A stretch of DNA of 64,000 nucleotides from Basidiobolus meristosporus CBS 931.73 (lineage: Eukaryota > Fungi > Basidiobolomycota). Shown here one piece after another: positions 35,821-47,900 of this stretch. The stretch is from contig MCFE01000134.1 in the NCBI GenBank assembly GCA_002104905.1, forward strand, positions 1-64,000. Direction: 5' to 3'. The notes under the pieces were generated by a model. The model saw only the letters and a list, made by a program, of their open reading frames with translations, had not been told where the DNA came from and searched no databases. Within the stretch, counting starts at the first letter, position 1. Each line of letters starts with the position of its first letter. A program made the translations under genes and the position numbers.

Positions 35821-37103
35821 ACTCTATTGCCTCCTACTTTTGTGCAAATTGATTGGCTATTACCTCTTTTCACACTCCTTACTTCCTGACTCAACCATTT
35901 CTGTTACTTTTCATGTGTACAAATTGATTTATTTCCATTGAAACTTCAGTTGTACAGCAATTGCCAATTGTATTGACCTATACAAGTCCCTATACCCCAC
36001 ACTAGCATTAAGCCCAACCCCACCCTCAACAAGTAACTCCATCAAAATCCACCACTCAATATGTATTTCTGAAGTTACACTCTGGTTCCATGACTTTGGC
36101 AGGAGCCCAACAGCTTTATGCCACTGTTCTTTCACTGGTTCCCTCACATACTGGTCTTCAGCCAGCACTGCAAGGTCTAGCACCTCAACTGCCAGTCTCT
36201 ACAATAAGTCCTTGCAATATTCCAGTGTGTTTTCTTGAGCACTGCTCTTTAAGAAGTGCTGCAACCTCTTTGTGTGCCTATCAATGCTCCAAAGCTCCAC
36301 TGAAGGTATTGTGATAGTCTTTTGAGCTCTTGACCTTGTAGCCTTGTCTGTCAGTGGGATCTCCACTCTGTCAACAATGAAAGATGTGGAGGCTGTGGTA
36401 GATGAATTGCCTTTTTCAGCAAGCTCATCTACCTTGCTGGAGTGTAGCTCAACTGGCTGCACTTCCAACTCTTGTGAAAACAGCTGTTTTCTTGTTGGTA
36501 ATTCTTCTTGGCCATGATGGGACTCAGTCTGTTCCTGGCTTGCAGCATTATTTGGCAAGAATGGCAGCTTTTTTTGCATGCCTCCCTGTCTCAGGCTTGG
36601 GTAGACATCTTTCCCTTTACCTTTTCCTTAATCATCGCCATGTCTTTCACAACTACTTTGTCTGAGTACTTCTTGTAAAGAACTACATTTTCTCCTGGAA
36701 ATATTCTGCTCTGGCACATCTGTTTTGACCTGCTTGTCCCTTACTGGCACTCTTCTGGCAACCTGACATTTCTTTTCCACGTGTTTTGAGCTCTTGACCA
36801 TAGCTGTAACAGGCTCCTGTGAAAGTGGCCGGTTTTTGTCACCGCCAGGGCCTTCACTGCTACTTTGATTTTGTGCTTCTTGAGTGGTACTATGCTATTT
36901 CCTTGATAAATTCTGTGCTGGTGCATCTGTGTCTGCCTGCTTGTCCCTAATTGGCACTCTTCCAGCTACCTGACATCTCTTTGATGCTTGTTTGAAGCTT
37001 TCAGCCCTGCTGGTAGCAGGCTCTTGAGGAAGCTGCTGGTCTTTAGCCATGGCACACTTGTTCTTCTACCTTTGATAGTTTCTGTAATTCTTAAAATACT
37101 CTC

Positions 37104-37709
37104 TTAGCATACCAATGCTGGCCCAAAATCTGTTTGCCCATAGGAATCCAGGATAATGCTCATGGAACAGCTCAAGTGCATTCTGCATGGCCTTGAGTTC
37201 CTGATGGTCCCATTGTATGCAGCCTTAAGGTGATGGCATGCTAGACTTCCAACAGCCTCTTGTATATTAGCCCAATCTACATTATTGCACTCAACAGCTT
37301 CACAGATCTTCAATGTCTTTTGAATTTTAGGCCTTGGTATAAACACCACATTGTCTCCCTCCCATGTGGTGATAGGTTCTTCTGTGGGCTTTATCTTTGT
37401 GCACTGTTGTTGTGCTTCAAAGACTGTATGGTGTTCCTCTGCTGTTACATCAGGCAATGGCTCAATTCTTGGCTGTGACATTGAGCTACTTGAGTTCCTT
37501 CTTTGCAGCAAAGATACTGCTTTCTCTACATGGGATATTGATTGCTCTACACATATTATCAGCTCATCCCATTTCTGGACTATTTCCTGATTTCTCTGGG
37601 CCGTTACATATATCCTATCAGCCACTGCACCTAATTGCTTCATTAATGCTTTGGTATGAGCTGGAAGCATACTTGCTAATAGGGGTAGTGGTGATGTTAT
37701 CACGGCCAC
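37104..37709 (-). pseudogene. Accessory ORF-B of the CACTA-like unit (coiled-coil-like, unknown function)
   Basis: 201-aa ORF with homologous fragments at 43638-44054 and 53176-53454 (SSMSQPRIEP..EEH..EAQQQC). Confidence 0.45.
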
Positions 37710-38219
37710 TTGCTGGTTTTCAACTGAGGGTACTGCATTTGCTACATACTCATCTGCCTGAGCACAACAGTCAGTTTGTGGCTCTGCTGAGGTTCTCAGT
37801 TGCCTACTTCACTAAGAGCCTGAGAAGTCCACATTATTAACTTCAATGGGCACGCTGTCCACAGGGCCTTTTTTGGATGTAGCCCCACTTGTTGCACTGA
37901 ATGTCAAAGCAAACTGTTGTGTAACTGTTCTTCTGTTGCCATCAGAGGTGGGGTTTGGTTGGAAACCAGACAACTTTGCTTTATTTTTTGGCAGCATATG
38001 TATGGAAGTGAGTCAAAACAAAGGGGAAATAGTGTTACCTATACATGTGTATGTGGTGCCACAGCTTTTTTTATAATGCTTACTATGGCGGGTCATCATT
38101 GAATCTTACATTCATGTAGGTGCAATGTCTCAAATACAAAACTGTCTTAAGTTTGCATGAGTATTGACCAAAAAGTGATATAATAGCATTCCATTGTTGA
38201 AGGTCAAACTGTTTGCCCC

Positions 38220-41040
38220 ATGGACAAGACTACTTTGACTCAATGCTGTAAGAGAAGAGAAAAAGACCATGTGGCTATTGTGGCAAGCCTCTCAGTCATC
38301 AAGAACACAGACAGCATAGGAAGTATTACAAGGATCATGGCCAGTGTCTTGCCACCCAAGTCATATTTGACCATTCATTAGTCATTAATGTACCACCATT
38401 ATCTTGCCAGCCAGTTGATACTTCTATATTGACACCTGGCCATCTTTGTTGCCTTGCACAAACTGGGTCAGGTGAGTTTGTGACACCTTTAGGCTCCCCT
38501 TAGCCTTCTGATTATGGCACACATAGTGATAGCTCTGACAAAAAAGGCTCACTGATGGATTTGAGCATATCTCCCCTAACAACAGTACCACATATGAGCC
38601 TGGTCAAATCCCTATATGCAATGACACAATACCCATTGACACAAATGCTAAGAATACTTTATAGTGCCAAGTGAGCCCAGAAATCCACCTACTGGCAAAT
38701 GATGTAATGTTGTGGCTAGTGAAGTGGCGTGTTTCTACTAATATCAGTAATGGAGACTTTGGGGATTAATTACTACATCTTGCCAAAATCATACCAGGAA
38801 GCACATACCATGTATATGGTATAAGTGGACAACCATCATGCGGCTGGCAACTTGCAATCCAGAGACTGTCCTGATTCCAGCATGTGCTAACAGTTGCATA
38901 GCATTCACATTCAAAAATGCTACCATTGCAACATGTCCAAATTGTCAGCAATCCACCACCATTGAGGGAAAACATTGTTCACACTCTGGATATATTCCAG
39001 TCATACCCTGTCTGAGGAAGCAGATGCAGTCCAACAAATATTGCAAAGCTATACAGTACTGCACTCAGTATTAATCAAGCGTGAACATATCCAATATATT
39101 TGATGGCAAGCATTACAAACAGCCAAGAAGCATGTGCTACTTTAAAGGTATGCATGACCGTACCTTTGCTCTAGCACTTGATAGACTCTTATTAAACAAG
39201 TATGCTACTAACAAATCCTGCTGGCCACTGATTAGACTTGTTCCATCATTCCAGCTGATCATAGTGCCCAATAGTGCCATAACATGCCAGATGGTGCCTG
39301 ATCATGTCTCAGAGTGCCATAGCATGCCAGATGGTGCCTGATCATGCCTCAGAGTGCCAGATGGTGCCATACAGTGCCAATTTGGCATCAAGATTGACAT
39401 GCATATGACCCTATAATATCAAATTAATAACAAATTATACAGCACTCTCTGGCACTATGATCAATGGCACAATGGAACAAGACTATTCTCAAAAATCTGA
39501 ATATGCTGCCCATCTTATGGTATCAGAGCAATAATCTGACAGTAATCTCACTGATATCTGGGCCTAAATCACCATCCAGCCTAGAGAGCTACTTGTATCC
39601 CTTGCTGGATGAATTTTGTATGCTTTCCAGTGGGATAGCAGTAAATGGCCATCATGTAAAAGAACATATTATTATCTGCATTGGAGATACCCCAGCCATC
39701 AGCAAGATGGCAGGTTTTTCCAGGCATAATAGATGGTATTACTGTCAAATGTGTCAGACCCAGGAGATTTACTCCATAACTCACACACATTACTATTGCC
39801 CAACACCAGCACTAAGAACAGCATCTTTCCACAGAGAGAATGCACAGAAGTCAGCATGCCATTGCAGCAAAGTTGGTAAGCTATAAGCTATTGGCTGGAG
39901 TATGGAATCAATTGGAAACCAGAGATACTTAAGATAGAGGGTTTCTGTTGGAGCAAAAGCCTTCTACTGGGAGCCATGCATTTGCTTCTCAACAATATCC
40001 CTGTACTGATGACCAAGTTGTACATGGGGCATTTCAAGCTAAGTGAACCCTTTGAGATACAGGGGAAATAGGAAAGAATTGGCAAGATATTACAGAGTCT
40101 CCGCTACCCTAAGTATGTCTCACGGGCTCCAATTAATATTCATATGCATACTCAACAATACAAATGCATAAACTGGATGAACTGGATATGGATTTATTCA
40201 AATGGCATTCTGAAGCCATTCCTATCAAGAGTACATTGGAAGCATTGGGAGTCATATGTGGACATTGTACAAATATTTATCCAGAAGCAGATCACCAATG
40301 CCAACTTGACACATCTACAGCTGTTGTGTAAGGATTTTGTGATGGGATTTGAGCAGCTATACTACAAGCATAAAGCTGAGCTCATAGATCTCTGCCACTG
40401 TTGTATCCATTCTCTACTCCATCTTGCACAGTGTGTAGAGAATATTGGGCCTTGCTTTGCCTTTTGGGAGTTTCCTATGGAGCAGATATGCGGGGAGATA
40501 GGAAGAGAAGTCAAGTTGCAGGTACTAATATATCCCAATCTCATTGTGAATATTACCTTCAAGTCCATTGTGGATGCAATGAGTTTGCACATGGAGGACA
40601 GCCAGGAAGAATTGGAAAATACTGAGGACAAATGTGCACATGGAGAAACCTATGTCTATGGCATTAAGAAGCTCCCAATGAAACAATATTGAGATGATTC
40701 CGTCAAAAGGTCATCACAAATTGCAAGTCCTGTGACTAAGAGGTACTGATCCCATAAGTACACTGTCTAGAGGCTGTTGAACAATAATTGCACCCCATAT
40801 CTCACCAAAAACTTAGTCAAAATTTTTGTCACAACAATGTATAAGTGGCTTCTGATTGGTTCCCTGCCAACTTGCTCACTCCCTGATCCCAGACACTCTG
40901 TTGCCTCCTACATATGTGTGCATTGCTTGGCTAATACCTCTTTTTCACACTCCTTACTTCCTAACACAACCAATTCTCTTACTTTTCATGCATACAAATT
41001 GATTTTTTTCTGTTGAAACTTCAGTTGTACATCAATTGCC
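38220..41040 (+). pseudogene. Degraded CACTA/EnSpm-type (Tnp2/Transposase_21 and DUF4218-like) transposase
   Basis: N-terminal CGYCGKPLSH. Core motifs NIFDGKHYK..ALALD..CWPLI, LISGPKSPSSLESYLYPLLDE, IGDTPAISKMAGF..YCQMC, and IHSLLHLAQCVENIGP..WEFPMEQICG. Many stops and frameshifts. Confidence 0.8.
39234..39484. mobile_element. 251-bp short member of the AGACTTGTTCC MITE family (TSD ATT)
   Basis: Reads ccactgATT|AGACTTGTTCC..GGAACAAGACT|ATTctc. The empty site ccactgATTctg is seen at ~54830. The interior has GTGCC-containing short direct repeats. Confidence 0.8.
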
Positions 41041-41057
41041 AATTGTATTGACCTATA

Positions 41058-41716
41058 TTAGTCCCTATACCCTTCATTGCCCTTAAGCCTAACCCCACAC
41101 TTAACAAGTAACTCCATTAAGATACACCACTCAATAAGTATATCAGCTGCAATGCTCTGGTTCCATGACTTTGGTGGGAACCAAACAGCTTTATGCCACT
41201 GTTTGTTCACTGGTTCCCACATGTCCTGGTCTTCAGCCAACACTGCAATGTCTGGCACCTCATCTGCCAGTCTTTGCAATAAGTACATGCAATATTCCAG
41301 TGCGTTTTCTTGAGCACTGCTCTTTAAGAAGTGCTGCAACCTCTTGGTGTGCCTATCAATGCTCCAAAGCTCCACTGAAGGCATTGTGATAGTCTTTTGA
41401 GCTCTTGACCTTGTAGCCTTGTCTGTCAGTGAGATCTCCACTCTGTCAACAATGGAAGATGTGGAGGCTGTGGTAGATGAATTGCCTTTTTCAGCAAGCT
41501 CATCTACCTTGCTGGAGTGTAGCTCAACTGGCTGCACTTCCAACTCTTGTGAAAACAGCTGTTTTCTTGTTGGTAATTCTTCTTGGCTATGATGGGATTC
41601 AGTATGTTCCTGGCTTGCGGCATTATTTTGCAAGAACCACAGTTTTTTTTGCATGCCTCCCTGTCTCAGGCTGGGGCAGACATCTTTCCCTTTACCTTTT
41701 CCTTTATCACTGCCAG
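41058..41716 (-). pseudogene. Accessory ORF-A of the CACTA-like unit (unknown function)
   Basis: Open for more than 200 codons. Homologous ORF pieces at 35929-36579, 42886-43110 and ~52150-52500 (RLQHFLKSSAQENALEY..RLADEV). Confidence 0.45.
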
Positions 41717-42345
41717 GTCTTAGAAAGTTCTCAAAGTTGTCCAAACAGCCTCAAACTTTGCACACATGTTCTTGGGACCTCCCTTAACGTATACTACAAG
41801 TGTGTTATGCTAAGACCCTGTAAAAGTATAAATGCTCTTTTACATTCAATAAATCATTAAGTGAAAACCACATAATCTACTTGTTCTCCCAATTGCTTCC
41901 AGTATCTCCAAGACTCTTACAGCAGGATATGAGCCCCAAGCTGTCACTCCCTGCAATGTCTACTACTGCTATTACTGGAACTTGTCCCTATGCTGAAAAG
42001 TTGGATTGATCTAGCTAACAAGTTTGAAAGTCAAAGATGAAGATGCTGCTACAAGTAAGCGGCCTTTGGGATATTGTCATGAGAGCAGTATGCCCTCCTA
42101 AAAATGTTGGAGAGGAAGCCCTAAAGTACCAGAAGAAAGAACAAAGTGCCTTTAACTGCATTTGCCTTAATGTTGAGGACAAATTGCTAATTCAATACTC
42201 AAGAGCAAAAATGGTAAAGAATGCCTGGAATGCATTTGAAGACTCCTACCTGTCATGTTCAGCTGCCAAGAAAATGTATCCAAGATGAAAATTCTTCACT
42301 ACAAAGATGCTGCCAAGAGAAAAATGAAAAATCTAATAAACAGAT
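41717..42345 (+). mobile_element. Truncated copia 5' fragment (partial LTR, PBS, gag N-terminus), opposite orientation to the other copia copies
   Basis: Reverse complement of the copia LTR ends at 41924, followed by ggatatgagcccc. ORF 42037-42288 reads MKMLLQVSGLWDIV. Confidence 0.85.
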
Positions 42346-42359
42346 TCTATCAAAAATCA

Positions 42360-44560
42360 TTGTGATGATCCTGTCAAAAGGCCATCACTAATTCCAAGTC
42401 CTGTGACTAAGAGGTACTGATCCTGTCAGGACACTGTGTAGTGACTGTTGAATAATACTTGCACCCTAGGTTTCATAAAATATTTGGTCAATTTTTAATC
42501 TCAACAACGTATCAATGGCTTTTGATTGGTTCCCTGCCAGCTTGCTCACTTTCTGATCCCAGACACTCAATCACCTCCTATGTTTGTGTACATTGATTGG
42601 CTATTGCCCCTTTTCACACTCCTTACTTCCTGACTTAACCATTTCTCATACTTTCAATTCATATAAGTTGATTTATTTCCATTGAAACTTCAGTTGTATC
42701 TTAATTGTCAATTGTATTGACCTATACAAGTCCCTCTACCTTACACTAACATTAAGCCCAACCCCACACTCAGTGAGTAACTCCATTCTAATCCACCACT
42801 CAATAGGTATTTCTGCTGTAATGCTCTGTTTGCATGACTCCAGTGGGAACCTAATAGTTTTGTGCCACTGTTCACTCACTGGTTCTCACACATCCTGGTC
42901 TTCAGCTGGCATTGCAAGGTCAAGCACCTCATCTGCCAGTCTTTGCAATAAGTCCTTATAATATTCAAGTGTGTTTTCTTGAGCACTGCTCTTTAAGAGG
43001 TGCTGCAACCTCTTGGTGTGCCTATTAATGCTCCAGAGTTCCACCAAAGGCACTTTGATAGTCTTTTGAGTTCTTGATGTTGTAGCCTTGTCTGTCAGTG
43101 GGATCTCCACTTGTCAATAATGAAGGATATGGAGGCTGTTGTAGACAAGTTGTCTTTTTCAGCAAGCTCAACTAATTGTCATGAATAGACACAAGGCAGG
43201 AGAGTAGGGCTAGGCATGGCAGGAACAGGAAAGGACTTAGGTGTGGATCAACAAGGCAAGGTGGATTTCCAAGGCAAGGCTGTTTATTCAAGACCTGTGT
43301 TTATCAAACTGAGGAATACTTAAGGGAAGATAGGACTATATATACTTTTTGGCTATACTGATGCCAAGAGATATTGGCTAATACTAATGGGGTTGTGGGC
43401 TGAGGCACAGCATTGGTGCTGGGGACAATGACATAGATGACACAGCACTGAAACCAGAGGCCCAAAATCCATTTGCACATTAGAATCTAGGAAAATGCTC
43501 ATGGAACCAGTCAAGCACTTTCTGCCAGGCCTTGAGTTCCTGATGGTCCCATGGTATGCAGCCTTGAGGTGATGGCATGCTAGACTTCTGATGGCCTCTT
43601 CAATATTGGCCCACTCTTCATTATTGCACTTAATGGCTTAAAAGATCTTTAATGTCTTTTGATTTTTAGGCTTTGATGCAAACACCATATTGTCTCCCTC
43701 CCATGCTGTGATAGCTTTTTCTGTGGGCTTTATCTTTGAGCACTGTTGTTGTGCTTCAATGACTGCATAGTGTTCCTCTGCTGTTACATTGGGAAATGGT
43801 TCAATTCTTGGCTGTGACATTGAGCTACTTGAGTTCCTTTGTTGCAGCAGAGATATTGCTTTCTCTACCTGGAATATTGATTGCTCTACATGTATTGCCC
43901 ACTCATCCTGTTTCTGGACTACTTCCTGATTTCTCTGGGCCATTGCATCTATCCTCTCAGTTACTGCACCTATTTGTGTGAATATATGACATTCTTGTAT
44001 TTGAGACATTGCACCTACATGAGCGTAAGATTTAATGATGACCTGCCATATCAATAGTTATAATCTAAATGTTGTTGCACCACATACCACATTGTATAAC
44101 CTATTTGCCCTTTGGTCTAACCCACTGCTTTATATATGCCCCTAACAAATAAAGCAAAGTCATCTGGCTCCTAACCCTGCTGCACTGCAGATAGCAGAAG
44201 AAGAATGGTTGGAAAACAAATTACTTTGATATTTATTGTAACAAGTTAGGCTACAATCAAAAAGAGCCATGTTGACAGTATTTCCACTGAAGGTAATGAT
44301 GCAGACTTCTCAAGCTCTCAGGCAAGTAGGCAATTGAGAATGTCTGCACAGCTGCAGGCTGACCATAATGCCCAGGCAGATGAGAATGTAGTAAACTCAG
44401 TACCTTTGGTTAATGCAATACCTTCTATTGATGACCAGCAAGTGGCCATCAAATCATAACCACCATCCATATCAGCAAGCATCTTTATAGCTTTTGCCTA
44501 ACAATAAATGAAATAATTAGGTGCAGTAGATAATAGGGTATATGCAATGGCACATAGAAG
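42360..44560. mobile_element. CACTA-like unit, copy 3 (degraded), with an inserted LTR fragment at 43177-43411
   Basis: Colinear similarity with 34880-38000. Confidence 0.65.
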
Positions 44561-44635
44561 CCAGAAACTATTCAAGAGACAGGATGAATGGATAATATGT
44601 GTAGAGTAACTAATATGCCAGGTAGAGAATGCAGT

Positions 44636-44760
44636 AAACTTGTTCCATTGAACAGCACCACATTGAGCCATCTGTGCCCAATAGTGTCATAGTGTGCCAT
44701 AAAGGCCAAGGCAACATAGACTTGGTCATGGAGTGTAAAACATACCCTATGAGAAATTAT
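44636..44760. mobile_element. Truncated arm of the AGACTTGTTCC MITE family
   Basis: gcAGT|aaacttgttccattgaacagcaccacattgagcc matches the MITE terminus and is preceded by an ANT triplet. The other end is missing. Confidence 0.6.
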
Positions 44761-44935
44761 TGTAATGATCCCATCAAAAGGCCATGAAAGTTTCAAGCCC
44801 CATGACTAAGAGGTATTCAGCCAGCACCACAATGACTAGCACCTCATCTGTCAGTCTTTGCAATAAATCCATGAGATATTTAGGTGCATTCTCTGAGTAC
44901 TGCTCTTGAAGAATCACTATGACCTCTTGGTGTGC

Positions 44936-47900
44936 TGTGGTAATGGAAAGTATTCCATTACTACAATATCTCTAAACCAATATTGCACTCATTTCTTTAT
45001 TTTGCTTTTTGCTATCATAACACAAAAGTGAAAGATCAAGAATTTCCAACTTTGATGAACAAATGCTCCAAACCCTGACAAGCAATCCACCCAAGAATAT
45101 TATGTCATACAGAACACGTAGTAGCCAACACATGTTTCAAATTACAGCTCATTTGAAGCAGTACTTAAGGAGTTATGACCAAAAAAGTCCAACTATTATA
45201 TATACTATGCCTTATTGCTAGGATTACTATGGTGACTTTGATTGCGTGTAACTTTTGAACCAGCCAATCAAATCACGTGAAGTTTTCACAGGTGCTGCGC
45301 CTATGTCCGATCTGCGCCACTGCAAGATTTTAGCTTTGTATCACGTGTATTGCTTGCGCATTTGCCCAAAAACTTTGATCCTTCAAAATTTTCATATATA
45401 TGACTTCCCCAGCTGAAAAATAAAAGAGAGAGCCTCTCTTTCCAGAATCTCCACACTACAATTACAAGTTTAAAGGTTATAAGACTTCCCCTGCATCACT
45501 TGCACTGTTGAGTATTCTGACTTTGATTGGTACTACATCAGTAAAGAGACTGCAAAGCTCACAAGAATCCAATCTAAGTTCTACAAGAAACTACCACTTT
45601 TCTGTCAGAAAAGTCCCCTCTAAGAAGCCCCTTTACTCTAAAGACACCCCTTTAGACACCCCTTTAGGTCTAAAGACCCCTTTAGAGACTTCTACAACAC
45701 ACCCCTTTAGGTTAAAGGGGAGTTCAGAATTTCCATATTAGGGAATATTTTCTCAGAAAGGAAAGTGACTTCCAAATAAGGAAAAGTTACTATAAAAGTA
45801 AATAAGCCCATTAGTCGACAGATGGTCAGAACACTGCTGTAGAAGTGATAAACACTGCCTACAGTATATTTTGAGCCTAAGATTGAGGAAATTAGTGAAA
45901 GTTATATCTTCTATTGGTATATCAAACTCCCAATAGCCTATTTTAGTATTAGCATACTGGAAGTTGTTGTATATTGTTGATTAGCCTCTACATTGTAGAA
46001 CAAGCCCCAAACTAATCATAATACAACACAACAAGAATTTGGTGGAGGACCTGGGTAGTTTGAACCTTTCACTATACAAGCATCAAGAAACATTACAAGA
46101 GTGACCAATACACCACTCCCAGAGATAATAGCCACTTTTAAAGGTGCCATTCCAGTAAAATTCTCAGGAGAGAATGTCACTGAGTTTCTAGAAGAGTTTA
46201 ACAATATAGCTGCAGCATTTGAGCTATTATACAAGAACAAAATCCAGGTGTTTCCCTTTCTCTGTGAAGTTGAAGTATCAAGATTCTTACAAAGTTTGGA
46301 CCCATTTAAGATATCTGTTGGTGCTAACTATGACTGGGACACTGCTCAGCAAGCTATTTTAGCTGAGTACCAAAAGGAAGCACAGTTTGTTACACTAAAT
46401 GAGCTAGAAACGCCTTACAACAAGACCCAACCCTTGCAGAAGTACATTCAAAAGTTTGAGTCAAAAGCAAGGCATGTTGAAGCAGCTATTGGAATTCCAA
46501 GATATTATCAAAGAAACTATTTTCTGATGAATATGCCTCCTGAAATACATAATGCCATTAGCCACCAAGTTCAGGCTACAAGCTCCTATGACAATGTTAA
46601 ACAAATGGTGTTAAACTATCAATCCAGGAGACAAGTCATGGATTCCATTAATATTCAAATGAAGATTTCCACTCCAGCTAAACAAATTCTTCATTGTACA
46701 AATAACCTGCAAAGTGATCAGGTTAATGAATTAATTGATGCATTAGGAAAACTGACACTTAAGTTGGACTCTCAAAGTGTGCCATCATCAAGCATCAACA
46801 AGGCAAGAACTGAAAATCCCAAAACAACCAGTAATTATCCACAGCAAACCAAATATTGTGTGTACTGTGAATCTGCTGAGCATAGCCGTTATGGTTGTCA
46901 AATATTGAATATTGATATTGACAGTCATAGGGTTATGATTGATTGTTATGGGAAGATCTGTGATATTGCTGGAAACCCCTTGCCTATCAACAGAGGTTAT
47001 GGTGGAATGAGGTCCTATGTACTTGCTCAAGAAGAATCAAGTAAAAGCACCAAGACATTAAATTTCATACAAATACAAAAGACTGCAGAAATTCCAAGCA
47101 ATGAACATTACGTACTCACAATATCAGATCCATCAGGGCAGGTCCAAGAATATCTAATGGAAAAAGTGGAAGTTGAAGAGTCTAGTTGCCTTATTGATAA
47201 GAGAAAGTATGTTTCTACAGAGAACAATCCTAAAAAAGTGTGTACCAACAAAAGAAATCAGCCAATTGTTGAAATACCAGTACAGCCAGAAACATCAAAA
47301 ATCCAAAAAGAACACTTGCAATCTCAATCTAAGTATGACACTACTGCAATTACACAGAAAGTTATCGACAAATTCTGGAAATCTCCATTTCCACAACTTA
47401 CAAATCAAGAAATGTTCACCACCATCAACAGTCTCAGTCAACTACTACCAGAAATGGTTAAGCCTATGAACAAAGATATCCTGAAGAATTATCAAGACCA
47501 GTCATCAACAACATTATCAAGTGAATAACTACAATTTGAAGTGGAAAAAGCCTTTTACTCTATTACAACAGGAAGCTATGCTGCTACAATCAACAATGTG
47601 GAAGTGGAATGTGTTTTTGATTCTGGATCAGAAATCAATGCTATCACCTCTATGACTTTTGAAAAAATCAAATTGCCATTGACAGAAGTTGACTAGAATA
47701 TGAGAACTGATATAGGTGCAACAGAGAAGATGCTTGGACTTTGTCACTCTGTACCAATTGAAATTGGAGGAATCAGGGTTACCTCTCCCTTTTTCATTGT
47801 TGCCAATGGACCCACTTTTGAGGTATTGTTAGGACAACCATATGAGAGAAAATCTCTTCTACAAGCTGATAATAGACCTGATGGAAGCTTATGGCTGACA

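Larger units (their letters stand above)
34880..41716. mobile_element. Reiterated CACTA/CMC-EnSpm-like DNA transposon units (degraded), copies 1-2
   Basis: Anchor gatgatcccatcaaaagg..gactaagaggtactga recurs at about 34882, 40693, 42364 and 44764. Transposase remnants are on the + strand and accessory ORFs on the - strand. Confidence 0.7.

Noticed and set aside
39250-39390. Short GTGCC/ATGCCAGATGGTGCC direct repeats resembling a CRISPR-like array
   Set aside because: Irregular, without unique spacers, and located inside a MITE in a eukaryotic genome.
45508-45741. Identical 77-aa ORF in both gypsy A LTRs (also 51618-51851)
   Set aside because: The identity simply reflects LTR duplication. It has a non-ATG start and low-complexity repeats.
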